Below, piece after piece: positions 50,923 to 61,500 of a DNA stretch of 64,000 nucleotides. The position numbers and the translations under genes are program-made. The notes under the pieces are model-generated. The model was not told the origin of the DNA and searched no databases. It saw nothing but the letters and a program-made list of their open reading frames with translations. The stretch covers positions 71,670-135,669 of the forward strand of contig CAZSNF010000006.1 of the NCBI GenBank assembly GCA_964608315.1. The letters run 5' to 3'. The DNA is from an uncultured Rhodothermales bacterium (GTDB lineage: Bacteria > Bacteroidota > Rhodothermia > Rhodothermales > VXPQ01). How positions within the stretch are numbered: the stretch's first letter is position 1; every line of letters starts with the position of its first letter.

Positions 50923-51310
50923 ATTCGTTTTCGTCCCGGTTGTTGTACTTGTGGCGTTCGTTGGAGCGGGTTTCGTCGATAACCCGTTCGAACAGCCGTC
51001 GCACGGCGGCGTCGGAAAGGGGCCCCTCGTTTTCGGCGATTACATTGCGGATGACTTCGGCTTCCCGTTTCGGGATATAAACCGGCCAGCCCATTTTTTT
51101 CTTTATTGCGCCGATGACATTGGCGCACTCCACCCGTTCGTTCATCACAAGCAGCATGATGCGGTCCAGAATATCTATGCGTTGTCGCCAGGGCGTCATA
51201 TCGCTTTCGGATGGATGCGCCGGCGTGGCGGGAGCCTCCTCGGCAAGATGATCCATCAGGTCCTGCATGGCTTGCAGCAGGTTTTCCGGCGGTTTCGATC
51301 CGGAGGGCAT
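50921..51310 (-). CDS. Chorismate mutase (AroQ class)
   Basis: WRQRIDILDRIMLLVMNER...KREAEVIRNV...GPLSDAAVRRLFERVIDETR. Confidence 0.8.
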   Translation of the reverse strand: MPSGSKPPENLLQAMQDLMDHLAEEAPATPAHPSESDMTPWRQRIDILDRIMLLVMNERVECANVIGAIKKKMGWPVYIPKREAEVIRNVIAENEGPLSDAAVRRLFERVIDETRSNERHKYNNRDENE

Positions 51311-51367
51311 GGAGCGTACTTCAGTTGGGAGAAATGCTGGGCGGCGTTGGGTTTGGGCGGTTTCGCG

Positions 51368-52405
51368 TTACGGAAACGTTGCAAGGGGAAGGTTCGGTTC
51401 CATGACAGGGTTATCCAGGGCGTCCGTTCGCCCGGCGGAAAGCCGGATATGCGCGGCAAAGGCAATCATGGCGGCATTGTCTATGCAATATGCAAGCGGG
51501 GGCATGCATATGCGTACGTTGCATGTTTCGCCCAACGTTTTCGCCCGTTGCCTGAGTCGGGCGTTGGCGGAAACGCCTCCTGCGATATGTACGTCGCGTA
51601 CGCCGGTCTCCTTAATGGCTCGGCCCAGGGGGTCGATCAGCATATCCACGACGGCTTCCTGGAACGCGGCGCACAGATCGGGCAAGCGATGTTTCATGAG
51701 CGCTGCGCGCTTTTTATCGCCCAATCCGTTCAGGTAATAAAGCACGGAGGTTTTGAGTCCGCTAAACGAAAAATCGTATCCGTCGAGGCGAGCGCGGGGA
51801 AAGGAATGGAAATTCGGGTCCCCCTGCGCCGCAAGGCGGTCGATGGCGGGGCCGCCCGGATATCCGAGATCAAGGAGCCGGGCGACCTTGTCGAAGGCTT
51901 CTCCCGCAGCGTCATCGCGGGTCGTTCCGAGGGTGCGAAGCGCCAACCCTTTTTCCACAAGGACCAGTTGCGTATGTCCGCCGGACACGATCAGGCATAG
52001 CCAGGGGCATTTCGGCAATGACCGACCGATGGATGCAGAGAAGATGTGTCCTTCGAGGTGATTGATTCCCATGACGGGCACGCCCAGCCCCAATGCGTAT
52101 GCCCGGGCAAAGCCGAGCCCGACGAGCAACGATCCGGCCAGGCCCGGCCCGCGGGTTACCGCCACGGCGGTGAGGTCGGACGGCGCGACGTCGGCCTTTT
52201 GGAGGGCTGTGCGCACTACCGGAACGATACGGCGCTGGTGCGCGCGCGAGGCGAGTTCGGGCACGACCCCGCCGAAGCGGGCGTGTATCTGCTGCGAAGC
52301 CATTTCGCTGGACAGCGCCTTGCCGTTGGCTATTACGGCGGCCGCGGTATCGTCGCAGGAACTTTCGATACCCAATATGAAGGAATCGTTTGACACAGGA
52401 GTCAA
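51368..52405 (-). CDS. tsaD: tRNA N6-adenosine threonylcarbamoyltransferase (TTG start in the track)
   Basis: ILGIESSCDDTAAAV, HLEGH, GGVSAN. Confidence 0.95.
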   Translation of the reverse strand: MTPVSNDSFILGIESSCDDTAAAVIANGKALSSEMASQQIHARFGGVVPELASRAHQRRIVPVVRTALQKADVAPSDLTAVAVTRGPGLAGSLLVGLGFARAYALGLGVPVMGINHLEGHIFSASIGRSLPKCPWLCLIVSGGHTQLVLVEKGLALRTLGTTRDDAAGEAFDKVARLLDLGYPGGPAIDRLAAQGDPNFHSFPRARLDGYDFSFSGLKTSVLYYLNGLGDKKRAALMKHRLPDLCAAFQEAVVDMLIDPLGRAIKETGVRDVHIAGGVSANARLRQRAKTLGETCNVRICMPPLAYCIDNAAMIAFAAHIRLSAGRTDALDNPVMEPNLPLATFP

Positions 52406-52409
52406 TAGT

Positions 52410-52490
52410 TGGCGGATTGCGGCAATGGGGGATGTGAAGCGCCCTTCGCAGTCTCTGAACTTTGCAGATTTAAGCAGCGTATCCCTAAAA
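52410..52490. repeat. Family-1 repeat, internally deleted copy (inverted)
   Basis: gatgtgaagcgcccttcgcagtctctgaactttgcagatttaagcagcgtatccct. Confidence 0.6.
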
Positions 52491-52603
52491 TACAGGATAT
52501 GCCGATCAAAACCGCTTTGCTCAGCGCACCCTTCGCAACTTTTGCGCTTTGCGGACGTAATCTAACGTATCCGGGGTTTCTTGCCCGGGAATATCGATTC
52601 GTC

Positions 52604-52632
52604 TTGACAAATAGTTCCGCAGCGTCTATTAT
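52604..52632 (+). promoter_or_regulatory. Candidate sigma-70 type promoter TTGACA-17 nt-TATTAT
   Basis: Exact -35 at 52604-52609, -10 at 52627-52632, ~95 nt upstream of the 52728 ATG. It is unknown whether this phylum uses this consensus. Confidence 0.35.
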
Positions 52633-52727
52633 GGGAGCATAATGGGGGTTTCCGTGTTGTGGCCTCCCGGTATTTCCATCGTATTCGCCAAGCGGCGCCC
52701 GATTACGCGCCCCAAACCGTATTTCTT

Positions 52728-53315
52728 ATGATGCGAAACAGGCTGTTTCTTCTTTGGCTGGTCGTGTTTTTTGGCATAGCTGTCCCTGCGCAGGCCCAGT
52801 ATCGGCAAGACGTACGGAATCAGCAAGTGCAGTCCCGCCTCTACGATGCTTCGTCGGGCGCAACGTTTTCGTTGAACCGGCTCTTTAGCCCGCAGCATTT
52901 TCGGATGGGGCATTCGTACGAAATGTCTTTTGGTTCGTTTGGCGGCATGAGCACTTCGCTCGGCATGTACACGAACACCATGCGCTTTCAGTTCAACAGC
53001 AAACTGGCGGGCCGGGTGGATCTGGCGTACGCCTTTTCGCCCTTCGGCGGAGCGAATATGCCGGGCGCCTCGGAAGGAATGCAGGGCCGGTTTCTGCTGC
53101 GCAATGCGGAGATTGCCTATCGTCCTTCCGACAAGGTGCAATTGCATTTTTCCGTCCGGCAAAGCCCGTATGGAGGATACATGAGTCCGTATGGGTATGG
53201 CGGGTATGGAAGGCATGGCCCTGCTTTCGGGTACCGGCCGTATTACGGCGGGAGCATGATGCATATGCGCGTGGGGTCCGCCGACAATCTTTTCTGGAAC
53301 GATACGCTTCGGTAG
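52728..53315 (+). CDS. Hypothetical secreted protein, Gly/Tyr-rich C-terminus
   Basis: Signal peptide ..FFGIAVPAQAQ, beta-rich body. Confidence 0.55.
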   Translation: MMRNRLFLLWLVVFFGIAVPAQAQYRQDVRNQQVQSRLYDASSGATFSLNRLFSPQHFRMGHSYEMSFGSFGGMSTSLGMYTNTMRFQFNSKLAGRVDLAYAFSPFGGANMPGASEGMQGRFLLRNAEIAYRPSDKVQLHFSVRQSPYGGYMSPYGYGGYGRHGPAFGYRPYYGGSMMHMRVGSADNLFWNDTLR

Positions 53316-53352
53316 GCAAGGCGGCTGCGTCCTCGAATTTTCCTTGCCGGCT

Positions 53353-53775
53353 ATGGCTCGCTGGAAGCATCGTTTCATGGGGGCGGCCATTGCGGTGCTT
53401 GGTTTCCTGGCCTTTGTGCTCGCCTACGGTTTTGTAACGCGCGTGGCCACATTGCCTGATCGGCAAAACAAAACCGCCCGGGATATCGTGCAGGTCGAGG
53501 TTCGCAATGGATGCGGCGTCGACGGTCTGGCGGGCGCCATGGCGACATTCCTGCGCGAGCGCGGCTACGACGTGGTGGAGACGGGAGATTACGAAACGTT
53601 CGGCGTCGCCCGCTCCATGGTGATCGACCGGGTTGGAGATATGGAAGCGGCGCGCAAGATGGCCGAAGCATTGGGGATACGACAGATCGAACAGGATATT
53701 CGCCCGGACTATTTTCTGGATGCTTCCGTGGTGATCGGTCTGGATTACGAAACGTTGCACCCTTTCAGGAAATGA
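53353..53775 (+). CDS. LytR_C domain-containing protein
   Basis: TM helix then VQVEVRNGCGVDGLAGAMATFLRERGYDVVETGD. Confidence 0.7.
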   Translation: MARWKHRFMGAAIAVLGFLAFVLAYGFVTRVATLPDRQNKTARDIVQVEVRNGCGVDGLAGAMATFLRERGYDVVETGDYETFGVARSMVIDRVGDMEAARKMAEALGIRQIEQDIRPDYFLDASVVIGLDYETLHPFRK

Positions 53776-54176
53776 AGAATTCGTTGGATACTTCGCCTGC
53801 CATGGTAGCGCATGTCGTCGAGGCCATGCTGGACAAGAAGGCCCGGGACGTTACCGTGATGGACATGCGGGAGGTCGCCGGCTTCGTCGATTATTTTGTG
53901 ATAGGCACGGGTGATTCAGAATTGCAAATCAAGGCGATCGCCGAGGCAATCAGGGAGCGGGTGCGTACGGAATGCGACGAGAAACCGTGGCATATGGAAG
54001 GCGCCGATGCATGGCAATGGGTGCTGCTGGATTATGTAGATGTGGTGGCGCATGTGTTCAGTCCGGACAAGCGCGCATTTTACGACCTGGAAAGGTTGTG
54101 GGGCGATGCTCCGAAAAAACAGGCGGATTCGGCCGGATTGCTGCAAGAAAACAGTTCCCGCGCATCGGGAAGCTGA
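53772..54176 (+). CDS. rsfS: Ribosome silencing factor RsfS (ATGA overlap with the upstream gene)
   Basis: DKKARDVTVMDMREVAGFVDYFVIGTG...WVLLDYVDVVAHVF. Confidence 0.9.
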   Translation: MKNSLDTSPAMVAHVVEAMLDKKARDVTVMDMREVAGFVDYFVIGTGDSELQIKAIAEAIRERVRTECDEKPWHMEGADAWQWVLLDYVDVVAHVFSPDKRAFYDLERLWGDAPKKQADSAGLLQENSSRASGS

Positions 54177-54319
54177 TCAGAGTCACCCGAAGGGCGCTCC
54201 ACGTCCGCCATGTCCCGAATCCGTAGCGTTTACCGCTGATTTCAACGACGCCGGCACAATGTCCTGCACACACGAACGCGAAGCGCTGATCGAAGTAGAT
54301 TTAATCAGAGTATCCTAAG
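54172..54319. repeat. Family-1 repeat, right half
   Basis: Collinear with the right half of 14934-15196; begins on the rsfS stop codon. Confidence 0.75.
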
Positions 54320-54354
54320 GATTTCCCTGCGACCGAACCCCGGTTTGTTCGGGG

Positions 54355-54720
54355 TCAGGCGATTTCGTCCTCTTCAAAGAGGATCGTAAGGCTGGGAAGG
54401 AGGTTGTGCCGCCTCGCCAGTTTGAGCAGGGCGCCTGCGATTTCCTCCGGGGACTGAAAGGAAGCATTCTCCTTGCTGTCCGCGGCCAGTTCGTAGCCGA
54501 TGGCTTCTTCTCCTTCTCCGTCTCGCGTCCAGGCGGTGGCTTCCTCAATGGCGAACGCGCCGTCCTCGGGCATGAACGAAGCGATAAAGCGTTCCCGTTT
54601 TTTGCGGGGATCGATCAGGCTGAGGCAACCGATGGCGCCGTATTCGTCGTCGTAGAAGAGGGTTTCCCCAATCAGTATGCGGATAAATTGTTCGAGGTCC
54701 AGGGATTTGCTTGCAGCCAT
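54355..54720 (-). CDS. Hypothetical protein (121 aa)
   Basis: Clean ORF with acidic protein-like composition. Confidence 0.5.
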   Translation of the reverse strand: MAASKSLDLEQFIRILIGETLFYDDEYGAIGCLSLIDPRKKRERFIASFMPEDGAFAIEEATAWTRDGEGEEAIGYELAADSKENASFQSPEEIAGALLKLARRHNLLPSLTILFEEDEIA

Positions 54721-54813
54721 CGTTTCGGGAATGTGCGCGTAGTGGTTTTTTCGATGCGTAGCGCGGGGTACCCGGATCATGCAAAGAGGATCCCATGGCG
54801 CGCCGCTGAGGGT

Positions 54814-55572
54814 TTACTCATTGAGAAAATCGGCGAGAAATTCGTTGGCGACAACGCCGCTGACATGGCGGACTTCCGCTTCGAACAGGCTGGCGAAGTG
54901 ATGGACAATCTTTTCCTTCGCGTCTTGCGGGGCGACGGGGCCTCCCGTTTCCTTTTCAAGGGATGTTACGTTGGCGTCTGCAATTCCGCAGGGCACGATG
55001 TGCGAAAACCAGCTCAGGTCAGGGTTTGCGTTAAGCGCAAACCCGTGCATGGTTACCCATCGGCTGCACCGTATGCCCATGGCGCATATCTTTCGGGCCG
55101 TTGCGCTTCCCGGGGTTGTCGACGAATCAGCGTCAACCCAGACGCCGGTGCGTCCTGCAATGCGTCCGCATCGTACGCCGTACGATGTGCAAACGTTTAT
55201 GATCGTTTGTTCGATCAGGCGCAAGTATCGGTGTATGTCGGCAACGAACCGGTCCAGGTCCAGAATCGGGTAGCCTACGATTTGTCCCGGTCCATGCCAG
55301 GTAATGTCTCCGCCGCGATCAATTTCAATGAATTCTGCGCCGCGTTGTTGAAGCAGGGCTTCGGAGACGAGCAGGTTTTGCCGATCCCCGCTTTTCCCGA
55401 TCGTGTAAACGGGGGGGTGTTCGACGAACAGAAATACATGCGGGAGGATTTCCGGGGGCGTACGCCGCTTCGCCGTAATGAGTCGCTGCTGGATACGCTG
55501 TTGCAACGCCCAGGCTGGCCGATAATCCAGCTGGCCGATGTCGCAGGCCATAACGAATCTGGATGTGCTCAT
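54814..55572 (-). CDS. lipB: Octanoyltransferase
   Basis: EHPPVYTIG, RGGDITWHGPGQ, KICAMGIR. Confidence 0.95.
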   Translation of the reverse strand: MSTSRFVMACDIGQLDYRPAWALQQRIQQRLITAKRRTPPEILPHVFLFVEHPPVYTIGKSGDRQNLLVSEALLQQRGAEFIEIDRGGDITWHGPGQIVGYPILDLDRFVADIHRYLRLIEQTIINVCTSYGVRCGRIAGRTGVWVDADSSTTPGSATARKICAMGIRCSRWVTMHGFALNANPDLSWFSHIVPCGIADANVTSLEKETGGPVAPQDAKEKIVHHFASLFEAEVRHVSGVVANEFLADFLNE

Positions 55573-55599
55573 GTCAGGCGGCCTCCGCGCCCTGTCGAG

Positions 55600-58500
55600 T
55601 CAGTTGGCGATGCTCAACCGGAAATTGAACCCGCCGTTGATGCTTGTAGACGAAGGCGTCCGGCTGTCTTCGCTGATAAAGTTCTCGTAGCGAAGCGTGA
55701 AGTCCGTGCTGACGCGATTGCTGATCTGATAGGAAATACGGGGCGCAACCGTATAGCGTTTCGAGGCGGAAATGACGGATACGTTGTCTCCCTTGAGCGC
55801 ATCCCCGACCACGAATGTTTCGCGCCGGTCGATGTAATCCGTCAGGGCTCGCCGCAGCAAAAGGCGCCGGTCGCTCAGGTTGGCCACGGACATGCTTAAA
55901 CTGAAGCTGATCCGGTTGTTTATTTTTTTCAGGAAGGGCAGCTTCATGCCGGATCTGGAATAGTTGGCCGTCACGGTGATTTGGCTGTTGTTGTTTTCCG
56001 ACACTTCAAAGTTGGTGGTGCTCAGCGCGTACGAGGTGCTCTTTTCCCAAGTGACGGTTGTTTGCAAGTTGCCCTTGAAGGACAGATCCAGTCCGATCAG
56101 GGGCTGGAACCGCTCGTTGACCCGAATGCTTCCGACTTCGTCTGTGGGGATGGTGAATACGATTTGTTGTCCGCTCAGGTCAAAAGCACGAGTCGAGTCG
56201 TTCGAAATCACATTGCGGCGGTAATCCGTGGCGTAGTCCGAACTGTAGCCATGCCGGAGGCTCGCGTTCGTAACCAGACTGCGAATGATGGGCCATTGCC
56301 CGATTCCCGACCAGGTAATTTGCCATCCAGGCATGGGGAAGGGCAGAAATCCGCGGGAATCTACGGCGCCCGGGCCGGACAGGAAGGCGTCCTGAAAATC
56401 GTCGACAATGGATTCGTTGGTGAGCACAATGCGCCCGTCTCCATTTTCGTCGCCGATGCGTCCGGGGTCTTCGGCGCGTGCGTCGTCCTGTCGATACGTT
56501 TCCAGCTGTCTGGCGAACAGGTCCAGGTAGCCCGCTCCGAAAACCCACACGGAAGCCCGGTTCGATCCGGCGAGCGTTTCTGTGATCGTGATGGGGTCCG
56601 GTCGGTACGTCCGGTTGGCGCTGTGGCTCCAGTTGGCGCTCCATGTCAGGTTAATCTGGAGAGACCGGGTCGGATTGAGCGTGGTGCGGCCTTGTATTTG
56701 TTTCCGGTCCGACAAGGCGTCTTGCACCTGTAGCCGGTCGCTGACGATGCGCTGTTCGAGGGGCAGGTCTCTGTCCAGGCCGAACCGGTATCCGAGTGGC
56801 GGTCCGGCATTATGGAAAAGGGCGTCTATCAGGCTGTAGGGCGTATTCACATCCAGGATGTCGCCATTGTCGTCCAGTATGAGTTGCCCCACGTTGCTGG
56901 AATTGCTGCTTTGGCTTGCGCTGTATGTGACCGTAAGTTCCCGGATGCCCGTGGCGGCCAGCAGGGTGCGGCGAGCCAGCGACGCCGGGTTGGGCAACAG
57001 GGTAGCGAGGAAGTCGGGCCCGCTTTCTTCTTTTGTTTCGCCGTCGTCTGTGTTTGCGTCGGGGGTTTCGGTATCGTCGTCGGTTGCCGCGGGCTGGCCG
57101 TCCGGCGCGTCCTCTTCTTGCGCAGGGGGCGTTTCCTCTGGTTCGGGCAGTACATCCTCGTTTGCGCCGTCCTGTATCGCATCTTCCTCGTTCCCTGCTT
57201 CCCTTGCGGCTTCCTCAGCGGCTTTTTCTCTTGCCTTGCGTTCTTTTTCTTCCTGTTTCAGACGTTCTTTTTCCTCGCGGGCTGCTTCCCGGAGACGCTT
57301 GCGTTCCTCTTTTTCGGCGGCTCGTTGTTGCTGGCGCTGCGCTCGCGCGTCGGATTGTTCCTGTCGGTACCGCTTTTCCGCCTCTTCCATCGCTTCGTAG
57401 AACGGTATTTTTCGGAACAGTTCCTGTATGCGGAGTGTGTTGCCGCCGCGTATTTCGGACTGGTTGCTTGTCGATGCGCCGGTATAGCGGCCAACCGAAC
57501 CGTTCCGCCAGTTGAATTGCGAGCTCCAGGTGATATCCTGCAGGTCAAACCATGACAGCGCGGCGGGCATTCTCGGATTGAAGGCGGCCGTAAAACTTTC
57601 GCTGTGCTGATCGGTCCGAACGCCTTCGTGTCCGGAGAAAATGCGGTTGATAACTTGTCCCGCTCCAACCACGCGGAGTTGGCTTACTTCGAACCGCGTG
57701 TCGTCTTCGCCAATCAGGCCCGCCGCAAGGGCGGCTTGTTCCGTCGTATTGGCGAAAACGCTTTCGTTGCCGAGGCTATCGACGCGGATGACGGTAAACA
57801 GGGTATCTACCCCTGCCGCATTCAGGCTTTGGCTGGTGCTGGCCGTATACGACAGGTTGAGAAACTGGAACGGATCGTACTGGAAATTGCCGTTGCGCCG
57901 ATGCGAAAGCGCATGCGACTGGCGCAGCGGAAATTCGACCAGTTCCGGCAGGGATTGCGCAGTGGCGTTCGGGAGGTCCCGCCGCCGGTCTTGCGACTCG
58001 GAGAAAGTGCGCGATGCGGTGGCTCCGGTCGAGATGATTCGGGGCGCGTAATTGAAATTCAGCCCGCCAAGAGGGCCGCCCAATATGGGGACATTTTCGA
58101 GGAACCAGAACGGACGCACTGTGCGCGGCCTGCGAACATTCAGCCGGTAGGTGAGGGAAGAATTCCATCGTTGGCTGTCCCGTTGCCGTTGGGACGGATT
58201 GCTGGCGCTTGCATTCGAAGAGGAAAAACTCAAGGCAACGCCGTCCACCGTATTGCGCAACACCCGCGAGTCGGACCCCGATTTACCTATTCGGATGCTG
58301 TAGGATCGCGTGACGGATCGGGTTTGGGCCGATTCGATGATTTCCTCTTTTTTCTGTTCGCGTTCCGCCTCGCTCAATTCCTCGTTCCGGTCGGCCTGCG
58401 AAAGGAGTTCTTCCAGCCGAATATCTCCTCGATTGGGCGAGAAACGGGGCGTGGAAGTCTGGTTGGATACCTGGGCCGAGGCGGGAAGCGTCCAGCCGTA

Positions 58501-61500
58501 CCGTTCCGGGATGAATTTGTCGAGATTCACATCGGTCGTAACGCTCCAGTTGGAGATGTTGACCTGTTCGCGATCGCCCAGGGTGCTTTCCAGTCCGCCG
58601 AAGCCGTCGGTCTGGTGTTGCCAGGTGGCCCTGACCGTGGCCAGGTCGGCCAGCTTGACGTCTGCATTGCCCACGGCGGCCCACCCATTCGTTTCGTCGT
58701 AGCCGGACACTCTGAGTTCGTTCACCCAGACGGTCACATCCTTGAGAATATTCTCGGGGCGGATATTCCGGACGCCGGCAATGGTCGAATCGGCTCCGTT
58801 GCGAATGCCGAGCACAATAGTGTTTATGTTGCCCAGCGAGGGCGTTCCCTTGACGCCAAGGCGGGCGCCCGGGGGCGCAAATTCGGGAATATCGGGGCTG
58901 AGCGGCACATCCTGAATGTCCGACCAGTAGACGCTGTCTGTCGGGAAAGCCCGGTCGTCGCGCGATACCTTGAGCTGGTTCAGGGCGCCCAATTTGATAT
59001 TTACCGAGTTCAGATCAATGAGCTCGCCGCCAACCATGCGATTGGTTTGCCAGATTTCGTCGGCGTCCGTCGACGCGATCGAGCTGGGAGACAGCGGCAT
59101 TTCGTACTCGTAGTAGTCGTTCGTTTCGTTCGCGCCGAGACGCATGAAGAAGCGAACGTTGTCTCTTTCTTCGATGGGCGCGCCGTCTCCCTGTTCGCCG
59201 TGCATGTGCAGAAACATGCGCAGGTTCGAGTATTTCAGCAAATCTACCTCCTGCTGGTACGTTTTGAAGATAGCCTGTTGCTTGCCGGGCATAAGGTTTT
59301 CCACCCGCAGGGCCATGGCCTGTTCGCGCGCGTTCTGGAGCGCCGCGCTGGTGGTGCGAATCTGGCTTATGATTGTGCCGTTGGGCGGGGCGTACGTACT
59401 GCTGTTTTCCTCATTGTTGATGCTCGAAACGGAGAGGCGGGTCTGGTCTCGCAGCATGTCGCCCGGAAGGTCTCGTTCGCGCGAGACCACCTCGGATTTT
59501 TGCCATTGGGCCCCTACCAGTTCGAACGTTGGGAAGCGGAGCGTGATCGGGTTATCGTGCCCCGTAGTCCATACCCGGATCGATTCGATGAGGCTGAAGT
59601 CCTGTATATTGCCCACTCGTCGCGAGAAATCCCGGATAGGGATGCGGATCTGATACCAGCCGTCGTTTGTTTCTGTGACGACATAGTCGTTTACGCGCTC
59701 TGGTCTGGCAAGCGAGTCGAGCACAGTGGGCGACAGGGGCAATTCGTACTGGAAGTAGCTATTGTCGATGTCGGCCGCCGAATTGAGGTTCAGGTCCTCG
59801 GTGTCGGGAAGGCGCGAATTACCCCGGTTGCCGTATAGCGAAGGAGCCAATTTTTGCTGCGCCTCGAAAGAGTTGATTTCCGTGCCTGGAAAGTAGCGGG
59901 AGAATCGCTCCTGTACGCTGGCGCCGTTCGGGTAGTACGTCGGGTTTTCGAAGTATCCGTTCGCGCCGAAATAGAAGAAGTCGTCGCCAGACGGGTCGAG
60001 GCGGGCCTTCGCTGCCTCGGCGCGGTAACGGGGGTCGGATATCCCGTCGTCGAGGGCGTCGAGAAAGTCGCGAAAATGGGCTTGCTCGGTTATCAGGGCG
60101 TCGTAATCCTCCGGGGAGTAAGAAGCCAGTCCGTCCAGGCCAAGGTCTTCCGTGCGTTGCCCCTCTACGTCGATCGTAACATTCTGCGTACCGCTGGCGG
60201 TACGACCCCATGAATCCAGATCGCGTACGCTGGCGCTGGCGAGGGTAAGCCCGTCTTCCGTGTTCAGCAGGCCATTGGGCAGGACATCTTCCGAAATAGA
60301 GCCCAGGTCCACGAACAACTTTGCATCCCGGTGAACACGTCCTCCCTTTTCGGGAAACACCTTCACGATAAACTCGACGAACTCGATGTTTTTGGTGGAG
60401 AAGTCGGTGTAGCCTTCCGGTAACCGTTGCACCATGCCTCCCCACGTATTCCGCGGATCGTCAAGAAAGCCCTGCAGGTCTCTCGTGTAGTTGTACGGGC
60501 CGCGTTGATGGGGCGTGAAATAGACGTCCAGGGGCTGCAATAATGTATTCTGCTCTCCTGAGGTATCCTTGTTCGGCAAGACATCTCTTACATTGACTCC
60601 GCAGATCGCCGGGTCTATCGCAGCGCAATTCGCGCTTCTTCCGATCAGGTCTTCCAGCGTGTTCTGGTGTAGCGAGTACCAGCCCATCACGGCTCGCCAG
60701 TTCGTGCGCAAGGAATCCGATGTGGCGCCCGAGAAATCGTCGGGGAGTACGCCGATCGAATCGGGGGCGGAAGCAAGGCGCCATCCGCCGGCTTGCCGCA
60801 ACGAGTACGTATTTTCGAAACCCTCGAAATCGTCGAGATAGGAAATGCCCCGCAATTCGTCCCTTTCGAAATCCTGTCCAATATCCTGGAGCGCATCCCG
60901 CGATTTTTCGAACGCATTCGTGGGGTTCGCTCCAGGGCGGAGTTGCGCAAATTCCCCGGATATCCGGATATGGCTGGGCGCCCGGGTCTGGATGAGCGGA
61001 AGAGCGTCTACGGCCCTCGTGAGCCACAGGGGTTCGATGTTCAGCTGGCCGTCCAGGCCCCAGATGGTGTTGGAGATCGGTTCTTCCCCGATGCGGTATT
61101 TGTCTATAGGCGATTTCTGGTTCAGACTGAACAGGGTACTGCCGAAGGCGAGTTCGTCGCTGGCGAGATAGTCCATCCGCGCGCCGAGCAACGTTTTGGT
61201 TTGAATATTGAAATACGAGTTCTGCTCGTAATCGATTTTGACGTCGCGGCCTCCGATCAGGTAGGCGTCATTGATGATCGTGACCGTGCCGCCCTGGTAG
61301 TCCACGACGAAATCCGTGTCTTCCTCCAGTCTGTTGCCGCCGGACGTGACAACCACGGATCCTTCGATGAGTCCCGAAAAAGCGCGCAGGTCGAAGAAAT
61401 CCTGTGCGGCGCCTTTGTAGGACCCCCGAATACGGTACACATCGAATTGCGACTGGCGCACGGCCAGTTCTTTCTTTTGCGTATAGAGGCCGGCGTACGC

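Noticed and set aside
57604-59838. 744-aa plus-strand ORF (and other long plus-strand ORFs between 55981 and 63456)
   Set aside because: Antisense to the continuous 2.7-kaa sprA frame, with junk composition.
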